In this document: piece after piece, positions 28,670-38,800 of the stretch
Numbering within the stretch: position 1 is the first letter of the stretch
Layout of the letters: each line of letters opens with the position of its first letter
Virus record (IMG/VR): IMGVR_UViG_3300046684_000205
Location: 29,479-93,478 of that record
Source: a virus
Length of the DNA stretch: 64,000 nucleotides
Strand: one strand, 5' to 3'
The notes under the pieces: model-generated
What the model saw: the letters and a program-made list of their open reading frames with translations, nothing else
Database searches by the model: none
Told to the model about the DNA's origin: nothing
Translations under genes and position numbers: made by a program

Positions 28670-28698
28670 AGTCCAGCAATAATTGTGCCAGTGGTCAA
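28670..28698 (-). promoter_or_regulatory. lysis cassette promoter
   Basis: TTGACC-17 nt-TGGACT with TG extension; spacer holds CAATTATTG. Confidence 0.5.
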
Positions 28699-29231
28699 TA
28701 TCCTACACGCAACTTTGGAGGGCCGAGCTCCTCTACCAGCTCGCCTGGCGACAGCATGCGGTTGTGATCCTCCCACGCTGCCGGCACGTTCAAGCCGGCA
28801 GCCTGCATCAGGTCGACCGCCATCTCAAAAATCGTCACCGATCCGCCGGAACAAACGACGACCTGGCGCCAGTGGATGAAAGTCCTCAGGCCTAGCCAGC
28901 AGCGCAGGCCGATTACGAGGAAAGCGATGGCGCCGTAGCTGATTGGCGTGGCCAACCAGTCGAAGAGGGCGCGCCGGATGAAGCTGCGTTCGACGCCTGG
29001 CGGCGGGTCGCACACATCAAACTGCCCGATGCAGGACAGGGCCGTCAGATGATTGCGCCCGGAGTTGAGATCACCCATGAATAGGCGGCCGTCAAGCCAC
29101 ACGGCTACCCCGGTGTGCGTATAAGGCTTTCGCGTAAAAAACGTCGTGGCCCTGCCCAGTAGGCCGTGGACATCGCGGACCCCGATAAGGTCTCCGTCCT
29201 GAATCGATTCGCGGGCAAGTGCGTAGTCCAT
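28695..29231 (-). CDS. permuted papain-like (YiiX/NlpC-P60) amidase
   Basis: IQDGDLI, YTHTGV (His before Cys), VVCS. Confidence 0.7.
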   Translation of the reverse strand: MDYALARESIQDGDLIGVRDVHGLLGRATTFFTRKPYTHTGVAVWLDGRLFMGDLNSGRNHLTALSCIGQFDVCDPPPGVERSFIRRALFDWLATPISYGAIAFLVIGLRCWLGLRTFIHWRQVVVCSGGSVTIFEMAVDLMQAAGLNVPAAWEDHNRMLSPGELVEELGPPKLRVGY

Positions 29232-29331
29232 AGGGTCCCTGTACTGCAGCAGTTCTTGGCGGAAAGTTTCCACCAGAAAATACCACATGCGTCAAGGATT
29301 TCCTATGGCACTTCTGCTAGGTTGCGAAACG

Positions 29332-29985
29332 CTACAATCCCAGGGTTGCGCGCGTGTCTGCGATGAATGCATCCCAATTGGCGATGGCGCTGGCAAGTTG
29401 CGCGGGTGTCGCCGCCGCGCGCATCGCTGCTTGGCTGGCGAAGCGTTGACTACGCATCGTCTTCTTTGCGACCTTGAAAGCATCGGCGCGCGCGATGATC
29501 CCATCTGCCGCCCAGGCATTGGTTTGCGCCGCGCCAGTCGGGTTGTGCTGCGCGTACGATGACACATCGCCGTCTACCTCGCCTTCGTAGCCAGCGGCGA
29601 CGAAGGCGCGCGCCGCGGCCTCGGCGTCACGGTACTCCTCGGTGCGCTCGCCGACGGCGTCGCGGGTGACGGCGTCGACATCCGGGTAGCACCTGCGCAC
29701 GGCCGCCTCGATGTCGGCCTGGAGCGATGCCGCCTCGGCCGCAAGTTGTTCGGCCGTCTTCTCGGAGATCCTCCAGTACGGCCGCCAGGTGCCGCTCGTC
29801 AGCTGGAACTCGACCAGGGTCGCAGTCTGCGTGCTGGTGATCGCTGGCGCCACCGGATCAGCGACCTCGATAATGTCGCAGGCGGTGCGCTGTTCGGCGT
29901 CGAAGAACCAGCCGGGCGGATACTGCACGTCGCCCACCAGCTGCGGCAGAGTAATGTCGAAGGGCTGTCCGTTATGGATATACAT
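29332..29985 (-). CDS. tail fibre-associated/assembly protein
   Basis: follows the fibre-like gene; YPPGW and EYRDAEAAARAF patterns. Confidence 0.6.
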   Translation of the reverse strand: MYIHNGQPFDITLPQLVGDVQYPPGWFFDAEQRTACDIIEVADPVAPAITSTQTATLVEFQLTSGTWRPYWRISEKTAEQLAAEAASLQADIEAAVRRCYPDVDAVTRDAVGERTEEYRDAEAAARAFVAAGYEGEVDGDVSSYAQHNPTGAAQTNAWAADGIIARADAFKVAKKTMRSQRFASQAAMRAAATPAQLASAIANWDAFIADTRATLGL

Positions 29986-29993
29986 GCTGGTCC

Positions 29994-31052
29994 TCAGAAA
30001 AATGGCATGAAGCGGGAGGTCTGGGCGACTAGGGTGATGCCGGTGCCGCCGCCGGTGAGCTTGGAGTTGGTGGCCCGGATTGCCGTCGCCGGACTGGTGG
30101 CGGCGTTGATGTAGTTGAAGTTGCAGAAGTTGGCGGCAATCGTGCCACCACCAGTCTTGGCCAGCGTTGCCGGTGTCGTGGTGATCGACTTGATGAGGTT
30201 GTGCTGCCCACTGCCGTCCATGATCCAGCTCGTCGCCGCGTAGGTGACGCCAGTCGGGAAGATGGTCACTGCGGCGTTCTTGCCGCAATCGAAGGTGCCG
30301 AAGCTGGTTGCACCGCCGCCGAGCTGCAGCCCACCTGTCCCCTGCCCGTTACCGGTGTTGTTAATGATGCTCCACGAGGTGCCGGCAGCCAGACTCAGGG
30401 TCTTCACCGTAGCGCTCTGATCGGTAACGGTGACGGTGATCGTGCCCGGGGAATTGACGTTCGGAAGGTTGCTGTTGGCCGCTCCAGTGAGGACCAGGTT
30501 GAGGCTGCCACCTGTGAACAGGACAACCATGGGCACGCCTGAGCCGTCGGTCCCGCTCAAGATGATGTAGCTGCAGGTGATAGTGGATCCAGGGGTGCTA
30601 TACAGGTAGTGCTTGTCAGTCGTATCTATTATAGATATCTGCCCTGTAGTCGTGAGGTTACCCACGAGCTTCCAGTAGCACTCTATGCTCCACATATCCA
30701 GCCCCGAGCTGCCGATCACGCACTGCGAGGCGTCGAGAGTGTATATGTTGCTGTTGTTGTCGTTGCCGCCATAGCCGGTGAGCTGGACACCTTTTGCTGT
30801 TCCCTTCAGGATGCAATCTCCCATCAGCTTGAGCGTGGCGGCAAAGTCCATAGGGACGCTCATGATCACCTGGGCGGCGTAGCCAAATCCTCCGGTGATC
30901 GTACGCCTTGGCCCGGAGTTGCTATCGAAGATAGCCGTGCCTAGACTGATGTCACCGGGTTTCGCATTCGCGCTCGGCCCGCCCGACGTGAGCGACCACC
31001 CGGTGACGTCACCGAGATCCATCAGATTGGGACGGGCGTAGTAGGTAGCCAT
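29994..31052 (-). CDS. putative receptor-binding/tail fibre protein
   Basis: G/T/S/N-rich beta-helix-like sequence; atypical codon usage. Confidence 0.6.
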   Translation of the reverse strand: MATYYARPNLMDLGDVTGWSLTSGGPSANAKPGDISLGTAIFDSNSGPRRTITGGFGYAAQVIMSVPMDFAATLKLMGDCILKGTAKGVQLTGYGGNDNNSNIYTLDASQCVIGSSGLDMWSIECYWKLVGNLTTTGQISIIDTTDKHYLYSTPGSTITCSYIILSGTDGSGVPMVVLFTGGSLNLVLTGAANSNLPNVNSPGTITVTVTDQSATVKTLSLAAGTSWSIINNTGNGQGTGGLQLGGGATSFGTFDCGKNAAVTIFPTGVTYAATSWIMDGSGQHNLIKSITTTPATLAKTGGGTIAANFCNFNYINAATSPATAIRATNSKLTGGGTGITLVAQTSRFMPFF

Positions 31053-31930
31053 CAGATGTTACCCAAGGTCGAGACGAGGTCCCATTTGGCAGCGGCCGCA
31101 TTGTAAATGAAGCCTACGTACAGGACCTTGCCGAGCACGGTCGTCGTCGGCAGGATCACGTCCGAGCCGGCGCGGTAGGCGGCGTTCCAGCTGAGCGCGC
31201 GAGCAGCGACACCGTCGTCCTTGATGCGGAACATCAGGCCCTGCCCGTCGGCGGCTGCAGCGCCGGAATTGGTCGGCGCGCCGACCACCGCGGCGCCGGC
31301 CAGTGCCGTGATTGCGTACAGATCGGTCGTGCTGATGTCCGGCGCCGGGGCGGTATTCGACGCCACGGAGGTCGTGCGGCGCACGATCGTACCGGCCGGG
31401 CCGATCGAGCCGCGGTCACCGGTCCGGAAGAAGCGGAACAGCACGATGTCGTTATCCAGGAACGGCATGGCGTCGCTGTAGGCAGTCGGGATCACCGTCA
31501 GCTGCCGGTAGCCGGTCTGCGCGGTCAGCAGCGTCAGATTAAAGTTCATGAACTTTGTCGGGTCGTTCAGCTTAACCAGCCTGACCTGACCAAGGACGGC
31601 GCTGGATGACGCACTCATGGTGTCCAGCAGCGCGGTATAGTCCTTGGTGTCACTGCCCAGGACGTCAGTGTAGATCGTGGTCACCGTGCCGGCGGCGCCC
31701 GAGTTCAGGCGCAGGAAGCCCGGGCCCGGATCGCCAGCCGCGGTCGTGGTCGAGAACTTGAACGGGATGTCCATTGCGCCGCCGGACGCGATGGTCGACA
31801 GCGCCGACAGAAATGCCGTCAGCTCCACCGTCAGGTTGGGGAAGTAGGTAGCGAACATCGCCTCCAGATCAGCCTTGAACGTCGGGGCGAGCCGATCGAG
31901 GGGAGGGATAGGGGTAATAGCGGTGGTCAT
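31052..31930 (-). CDS. tail tip/fibre protein
   Basis: position; beta-rich; short GxxGxxG stretch. Confidence 0.6.
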   Translation of the reverse strand: MTTAITPIPPLDRLAPTFKADLEAMFATYFPNLTVELTAFLSALSTIASGGAMDIPFKFSTTTAAGDPGPGFLRLNSGAAGTVTTIYTDVLGSDTKDYTALLDTMSASSSAVLGQVRLVKLNDPTKFMNFNLTLLTAQTGYRQLTVIPTAYSDAMPFLDNDIVLFRFFRTGDRGSIGPAGTIVRRTTSVASNTAPAPDISTTDLYAITALAGAAVVGAPTNSGAAAADGQGLMFRIKDDGVAARALSWNAAYRAGSDVILPTTTVLGKVLYVGFIYNAAAAKWDLVSTLGNI

Positions 31931-32841
31931 GTGTTCAACCCTTCAATTTCAAGTGCGCAGAGGTAGCCGTCGTAGTAAGGTATTGTAATAGAGAAAGACT
32001 TGTAGTAGCCATAAACAAGCATCGGCTCGAAGCCTTCTGCGTCCACCCCGATGTAGACGCAGGGGGTTGCCCGGATACTGGCGAACAGCCGGTAGATCTT
32101 GTTGAAGTCAGCCTTCTTGATCCGGATCGACAAGGTATTCTGCTTGTTGTAGGTACGTTCCTCCACGTCGAGGTACCCGAACTCATCGGGGACCTTCGGG
32201 GAGAAGTCGTCAATTCCGATGGTGGGGTCGTACTGGGTATCTCCCACCTCAAACACTTTCCCCACCTGCAGCACGCCGATGGCGGCCGTGGTGGTCGACG
32301 AGATCGTGATCGTCAGCTCGCAGGCCATAAACATCGACGGCAGATCGGTCAGCACGAAATCCGTCTTCTGTTCCGGCTCGCCGAACAGGAAATCGTAGAC
32401 GCTGTCAACCGTGCTGATATCGAGGTCGATATCCCTGCTGTAGACGACGGTGCCGCCGGGCCGGTCCTTCATGACGACGCTGGCCGAGCGACCCTCTGCC
32501 TCGAGAATAGCCAGGCTGTCGATCGGGCCCGGCGTCAGCACGATGACGAGGTCACCCTGCGTCGATGTCTTGCTGCCGATCTTGCGGTCGAACATCGCCC
32601 ACTGCTTGGTTGAGCCGTAAGTTTTCCAGTTGGCGGTGTCCTGGTCGGGCGACGTCGCGGTCGTCCCGGCCACCAGCCGCTTGTACACGGTATGGGTCTG
32701 GGTCAGGATGCAGGTGTCGCCAACCGCATACGCTTGCAGCGGATCCCAGAGTGTCTCCCCCGGCGCCGGCTGCGTCACGGTGCAGTAAGTGAACATCTCG
32801 GTCGTGATCGGCACCGGCTTGATCACCTTCATATTGCTCAT
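31927..32841 (-). CDS. distal-tail-like protein with a small carbohydrate-binding-like insert
   Basis: immediately after TMP; WDPLQAYAVGD...YKR...W module. Confidence 0.55.
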   Translation of the reverse strand: MSNMKVIKPVPITTEMFTYCTVTQPAPGETLWDPLQAYAVGDTCILTQTHTVYKRLVAGTTATSPDQDTANWKTYGSTKQWAMFDRKIGSKTSTQGDLVIVLTPGPIDSLAILEAEGRSASVVMKDRPGGTVVYSRDIDLDISTVDSVYDFLFGEPEQKTDFVLTDLPSMFMACELTITISSTTTAAIGVLQVGKVFEVGDTQYDPTIGIDDFSPKVPDEFGYLDVEERTYNKQNTLSIRIKKADFNKIYRLFASIRATPCVYIGVDAEGFEPMLVYGYYKSFSITIPYYDGYLCALEIEGLNT

Positions 32842-32853
32842 CGTGGTCCTTTA

Positions 32854-35800
32854 TCAGGCAGGGACAGGGGCAGGGAGAGGATCGGCCTGGCGGAATACGA
32901 TCGCGTCGCCGTTGGGCGTCACGCGCTTGAGGATCCGCACCAGCATGGCGGAGTGCGTGGCCACCGCACGCATTTCGAGGCGCATCAGGTCGAGCGTCTG
33001 GTTCATCGTGTTAAACGTGGAGATGAACAGCGCGGTGTCGGACCTCGTCTGGGCGTCCGGCGTGCGCAGAGCGTTCAGCAGCGACTGCGTGCTGTGGATG
33101 CGCGCGGCGCCGGTGGCCTCGATCTCCGGGCCAATCTCGCCGACCAGGCGCACGCCGCCACCAAAATCGCCGCCGCCGGCGAAGCCCGGGATGCCGAGTG
33201 CCTTCTGGTGCGACTTGTACTCGTTCGACGATTTGATGCCGGCTTCGATCTGGGAGATGGAAGCGCCACCGCTAAGCCAGAAACGCATGCCGGCAGCGTC
33301 TGCGGACCGGCCCAGCAGGCTCTGATACAGCTTCTGCACCTGCGCTTCGGGCGAGTTGCTGATCGCCTTGACCACTTCGTCCACCGAAGTGCCATTCGCC
33401 GCCTGCTTCTGCCAGAAGGACAGTCCATCCGCATCGGCTGCCCGGCCGAGGGAGTTCTGGTACGCCTGCGTGATTGCCGAAGTAGCGCCGACGGCAGGGT
33501 TCGCCTTGGCGGCGCCCATCGCCAGCTCGAAGTTCTGCATCGCCTGCGCCATCGTCAGGGTCGAGGTGTTGATGCCCTTAAGCAGATCCACCTGCTGCTT
33601 TATCGAGGTCAGCTGATCGTCCAGCGATTTCGACTGGGCCTTCATCTCGTCCAGCTGCTTCTGGGCGTCGGTCTTCTGCTTGGCGCTGACGGTATCGAGC
33701 TGCTGAACCTGGCGCAGCGTCTTGAGCCGGTCGAACGAGTAATCCTCGTAGGAGCTGAACTGAGACTTCGAATCCTTGGTGACCGTGTTCAGGGCATCCT
33801 GCAGTGCCGTCACCTGGGCGTCCGACAGCGGCGCGCCCGACTGCATCAGCGACAGCGACCGACCCAAGGTGTCCTGCGCAGCCTTGCGGTTGGCGATCGC
33901 CTCACTGGGCTCGTCAAGGCTCGACAGGGCGCTCTTGACCGAGCTGCTGATGCTGCTGAGTTTGCCCACCACCTCCGACTCGGTGTCGATGCGCTTTTGC
34001 AGCGCGGTCTTCTCGCGCTGGATCACCGCTTCCAGCGTCGAGTATGCCGTGTCGACGGTCGACAGCAGGGCGCTCGGGCTGACGGCCTTCAGCGCCTGAA
34101 TCTGGTCGAACAGCGCGCGGTTGGATTCGTCCAGCGCGTCACGCTGCTTGGCCAGCAGCTGGGTCGACGTCATCGTCAGCTCGTCCAGCTGGTCTTGCAG
34201 ACCCTTGCGCTCGTCCAGCACGGCCTTCTGCACGTCGACGATCTGCTTGACCGCCGGCGCGATGTTCATCAAGGACGTGTAGGCTTCGGCGCCGGACTGG
34301 GTCGTGGTGTCGAATCCGGTGACAAGATTGCGGAACAGCTTGCCAAGGTTCTCGCTGGACGCCGAGATGCCATACTGCGCGAGCGTCGGATTGATGCGGG
34401 CCGCCAGCGATGCCGCCTGCTCCTTGTCGCTGTAGAAGTTCTGCATCAGGTACTCACCCTGGCTCAGGAACTTGTCCAGCCCGCCGGACAGATCGATCAG
34501 GCGCTCGCGCGCGGCGAGCGAAGCCACGCCAACCTGGCTGAACGTCATGCCGAACGAGGACAGTACAGCGTCGACCGCCTGGTAGTCGGTTGCGACACGC
34601 ATCAGCGTCTGCAGTGCGCCTTCCCCGGCTTTCGAGAACTGCGAGATGGTCGAGATGGCTGACTGCGCCATCTGATCACCAAGTTTGGAGAAGGCGGCCT
34701 GGATGGCGGCCTGCTGTTCGGAGCTGTTCAGGTCCTTCAGGCTGATCTTGCCCAGGTCAACGGTAAAGCTGTTCAGGTCGGCTTCGAACTTGGCGCCCGA
34801 CAGACCCAACACACCGCCGGCCGCTTTGACAGCATCGCCCATGCCGACGATGACTTGCGTGATCGCGCGGTTGGCTTCAGCTGACAGTGCAGTCGTTTTC
34901 GTATCGTGGCTGTCCGAACGGAGCCAGCCGCCGTCGGTCGTGACGTCGGCGTAGGTCTGCGCCTGCGCGCCGCCGGCTGCGATCGCGCCCAGCGTGGACT
35001 TCGAGAGCATAAAGCCCGAGTCGTCCAGCGTCTGCTTGCCACCGAAGATCGCGGTGCCAAGTTTGCCGACCGCCGGGATCTTCGACATCAGGCCGCCCAA
35101 CAGGCCTCCACCCATGAGGCCGCCACCGGCGGCCAGCGTCGTGGCCAAGCCGTTGTTCTTGTTCAGCTGGACTTCCGGGTTGGTGATGTTGGTGTTCTGC
35201 ACCAGCAAGCCGGCGAAGTTCGAGAGGTTGGCCTCGATCGCCTGCAGCGATGCCAGCATGCCCAGCGACACGTTCAGGTTGTTGTAGGTGTTCTTGCTGA
35301 CCAGCTCCAGCGATTTCGCGATCGATTCGCTCTTCGCTTTCGGATCGCCGGCGACGGTGCCGGTGCCGTTCTCGGCTTGGCGGTCGGCAGCCGACGCACC
35401 ACCCCCGCCGATGCCGCCCATGACGGCAAAGCCCAGCGAAGCCATCGCGGCCGCCATCGCGGCCATGCGGATCCAGGCCGAGTAGGGGTCGCCCTGCGCC
35501 TGGTTGGCGATACCCACGGCAGCAGCGCTCTGTCCCTTGACCTGGTCGGCAGCCACCTGCACCTCGGTGCCGGCCAACACAGCACTGGCGCGCGCCTCTT
35601 CGCCGCCCATCAGGGCAGCGGTGACGCCACCCTCGAGTGCGATCTTCTTGGCAGCGTTGCCGATCGCCGTCGTGAGTTCGTAGACGCGAAATGCCTGCTC
35701 GGTGGCGTGCAGGATCTTGTAGCCGTGCGAATTCTGGTCGAAGAAACCCTTGGCGGCCGACGCCATCGTTCCGTAGGCCTTGACCTGGGCCGCAGCCATG

Positions 35801-38800
35801 TCTTCAGACGCCTGGCGCTGCGCCTCGGTACCGCCGTCGCTCTTTTCGTACGCAGCCCTAATGTCCTGCACCTTGGCGCCGTAGGAAGTCGCCGCGTCGA
35901 TCAGACCGGCCACGGCGGTGCCGCCGCGGCCGAAGGCGTCGGTCAGGGCCTGGCCGATGGTCTGGCCAATGTTGACCCATTCGTTGCGCAGCGCGGCCGA
36001 CATCTCCTGGATTTCTTTCAGGCGCCTGTCAGCGGCTTTGAGCTTGACCGGATCGTCGCCAGCGTCGGCAACCATCTTCTGGTATTCCGCGTTCATCAGC
36101 GGCAGCGCAGCGCGCATCGTGTCACCGGCGCGCAGTTGGTTGTTGATCTGCGTGGTCAGGCCGGTGCCCGGGCCGTTCTGCAGCTTCAGGTTGTTCAGTT
36201 TGGTCTTCACCTTCTGGAGCTCAGCGTCGAAGGCGTTCGTGTCCATCTGGAAGATGGAGGTCTTTTTGCCTTCGTCGTGCAGCTGCTTCAGGAAGTCCCT
36301 CTGCTGCTCAAGCTTCTCCCGGTACTCCTCATTCTGGGCGTCTTTGAGATCCTTCTCGATGCTGCTCTGGACCCGACCGTAGTCTGCCTCCCACTGCGCC
36401 TCGAAAGCCTTGTCCAGCTCGCCGCGCTTGGTCAGGGTCTCGGCGCGTGCCTTCAACTCCTGCGTAGCCGCCTTGTCAAGATAGTCCTTCCGCGCGCGCT
36501 CGGCGGCGTTGGTGTCGTTGCGATCCTGCTGCTCGATCGTCCGGATCTTGCTGTTGAATTTCTCGCGCTGGGCGCCGCTCAGGGGGCCAGCCGCATCACG
36601 CTCCTGCCGGGCGATGCTCAGCGCTTCCAGGTTCAGGCGGTGCTTGGTCTCCAGCTCATGGTTGATCAGCTGCAGGTCTCCCAGCTCGCCGCGCTTGTTC
36701 AACGACCGATCATTGTCAAGGTTGTCCTTGGCCACCATCTGCTTCAGGCGCAGCTCCTCCTGCAGCTGCTCGATGCGGGTGCGCGCGGCGTCTTTGTCGC
36801 CCTTGTCGGTATGCGAGGTCAGCAGTGAATTGGCCTGGTCGTTCAGCTGCTTCAGGTCGACCTTGAGCGCGCTGATGCGCTGCATCTCAGCTTCCACGTC
36901 TGGCAGGACCTTGGTCGGATCCAGCAGCTGTTCTTTCAACGCCTTGGCCTGCTCGTGCACCGCCCGGACGGCGGCGTTCTGCTGGTAGAACTCCTCTTTC
37001 GAATTCTTCCCGTTACCGTCGGCATAGAACTTGTCGAGCTCTTCGCGTAGCTGCGCGGTAGCGTCGTGCACACCTTTCACGGCTTTGGCCGGGTTCAGCT
37101 CCTCCTCAACGCGCCGCTGCGTCTGGAGCAGGCCGTTCAGGTTGCGGTCTGCCTCGACCAGAGCGGCAGACAGCTGCGTGTAGCCAGTGACCGAGCTGGT
37201 CATGATACCTGGCGTACCGGTCGGAAGCATCTGGGGGTTGCGCAGATCGGCGGGATTCTTGCCCTTGGCCCTAGCCTCATTCTCGAGCTTGGTGACAGCG
37301 TCTCGCGCCTTATCGATGTCGCTCTGCGTGACCGTCTCCGGAGCGCGATACTTGCCGTTCTTCTCGTCCCACAGCTTGTTGGCCCTTTCCAGCTGCTCGA
37401 TTTCGCGCTCAAGGGCTTCGTTGATCACGTGCAGTGAATTGGCGATCTGCTGGTTGGTGCGATCAGCCTCGCTCGTGTTGTCACGGAACAGCAACCAGGC
37501 GGCCCCGGCCACGCCGAGTGCGATGCCGACGGCCGTCAGGACCGGCAGCAGAGTCGCTTCCCACGCCAGGGTGGCGGCAGTGGCAGCTTCAGTCGCGGCG
37601 GTCTGCGCAGTCACGAAAGCCGTCACCTCGGCGGCCGAGGCGCCAGCGCCGAGGTTTGCTGTGGTGACGGCGCCCAGTGCGGCAGTCTCAGCGGCCACAG
37701 CCGTCGTATGCGCGGCGCTGGCGGCTACGGCCTTCCAGACCGTATCGACGGTCGGCCCCAGCGCGCGCAGCGCCACATAGCCGGCACCCAGCATCGTCAC
37801 GATGCCAAGGTTTTCGACCAGCACACCAGTCAGGCGCGCAACGTTGGTCGAGAAATTCTGCAGGCCCGTCGAGGCGGTGCCGCCATCCTTGAAGGCGTCG
37901 CCCAGATCCAGCGCGATACGCTGTACGAACGGCGACGCCTCGCGGAAGGAGCGCACGAAGCTGTTCTGGACCACGACACCCAGGCGCTCGAAGCCGCCGG
38001 CGGAATCGTCTTCCAGTTTCCTGACCACGCTCGCCATGAAGCCGGTAGCGCCAGCCGCTTCTTCGGTCTTCCGCTTGAAGTCGTCGATGTTGTCCAGCGC
38101 CAGCTGCGCGGACTTCACGCCGCGCACCGTGAAGATGCTGCCCAGCAGGTCGACCCGGGCGCTGTCGGTGTAGCGCGACAGGGCGCCGCGCATTTCTTCC
38201 AGCAGGGAAGTCAGCGGCTTGAGGGCACCCGAAGCCATCTGGGTCTCGACGCCCAACTCCTTGAGCGCCTTCTTGCCCTTCTCGGTCGGCTCATACAGGC
38301 CGGTCAGCATGTTGGTCATCGAGGTGCCGGCGGCGCCGCCGGTCACGTTGATCTTGGCCAGCAGGCCCAGCATCGCTGCAGTTTCCTCGATCGAGACCTT
38401 AAAGAGCGAGGCGACGGTCGACGCCTGCCTCATCGACTCGGTCATGGCCAGCACCGATGTGTTCGAATTCGCCGCGGTCAGGGCAAAGATGTCGGCGATG
38501 CGCCCGGCTTCGCTGTACGACAACCCGAAGGCGCTGGCGGCGCCAGTGGCGGCCAGCGCCGCCTGGCCGACCGTCATCTCGCCGACCGTGGCAAGGTCGA
38601 GAATCGAGGGCAGCACCTGCAGCGACTGCACCGCATTCAGGCCGTTTTGGGCCAGCATGCGCATCGCATTCGAGCCCTCGACCAGCGAGCGCAGCGAGCC
38701 TTCCGACACCTGCAGGAAAGTGTCCAGGTTGACGCTGCTCTTGGTCAGCGCCAGTACGTTGGTCAGTTGATGCTCGACTTCGGCGCCAACGGAAACGACG

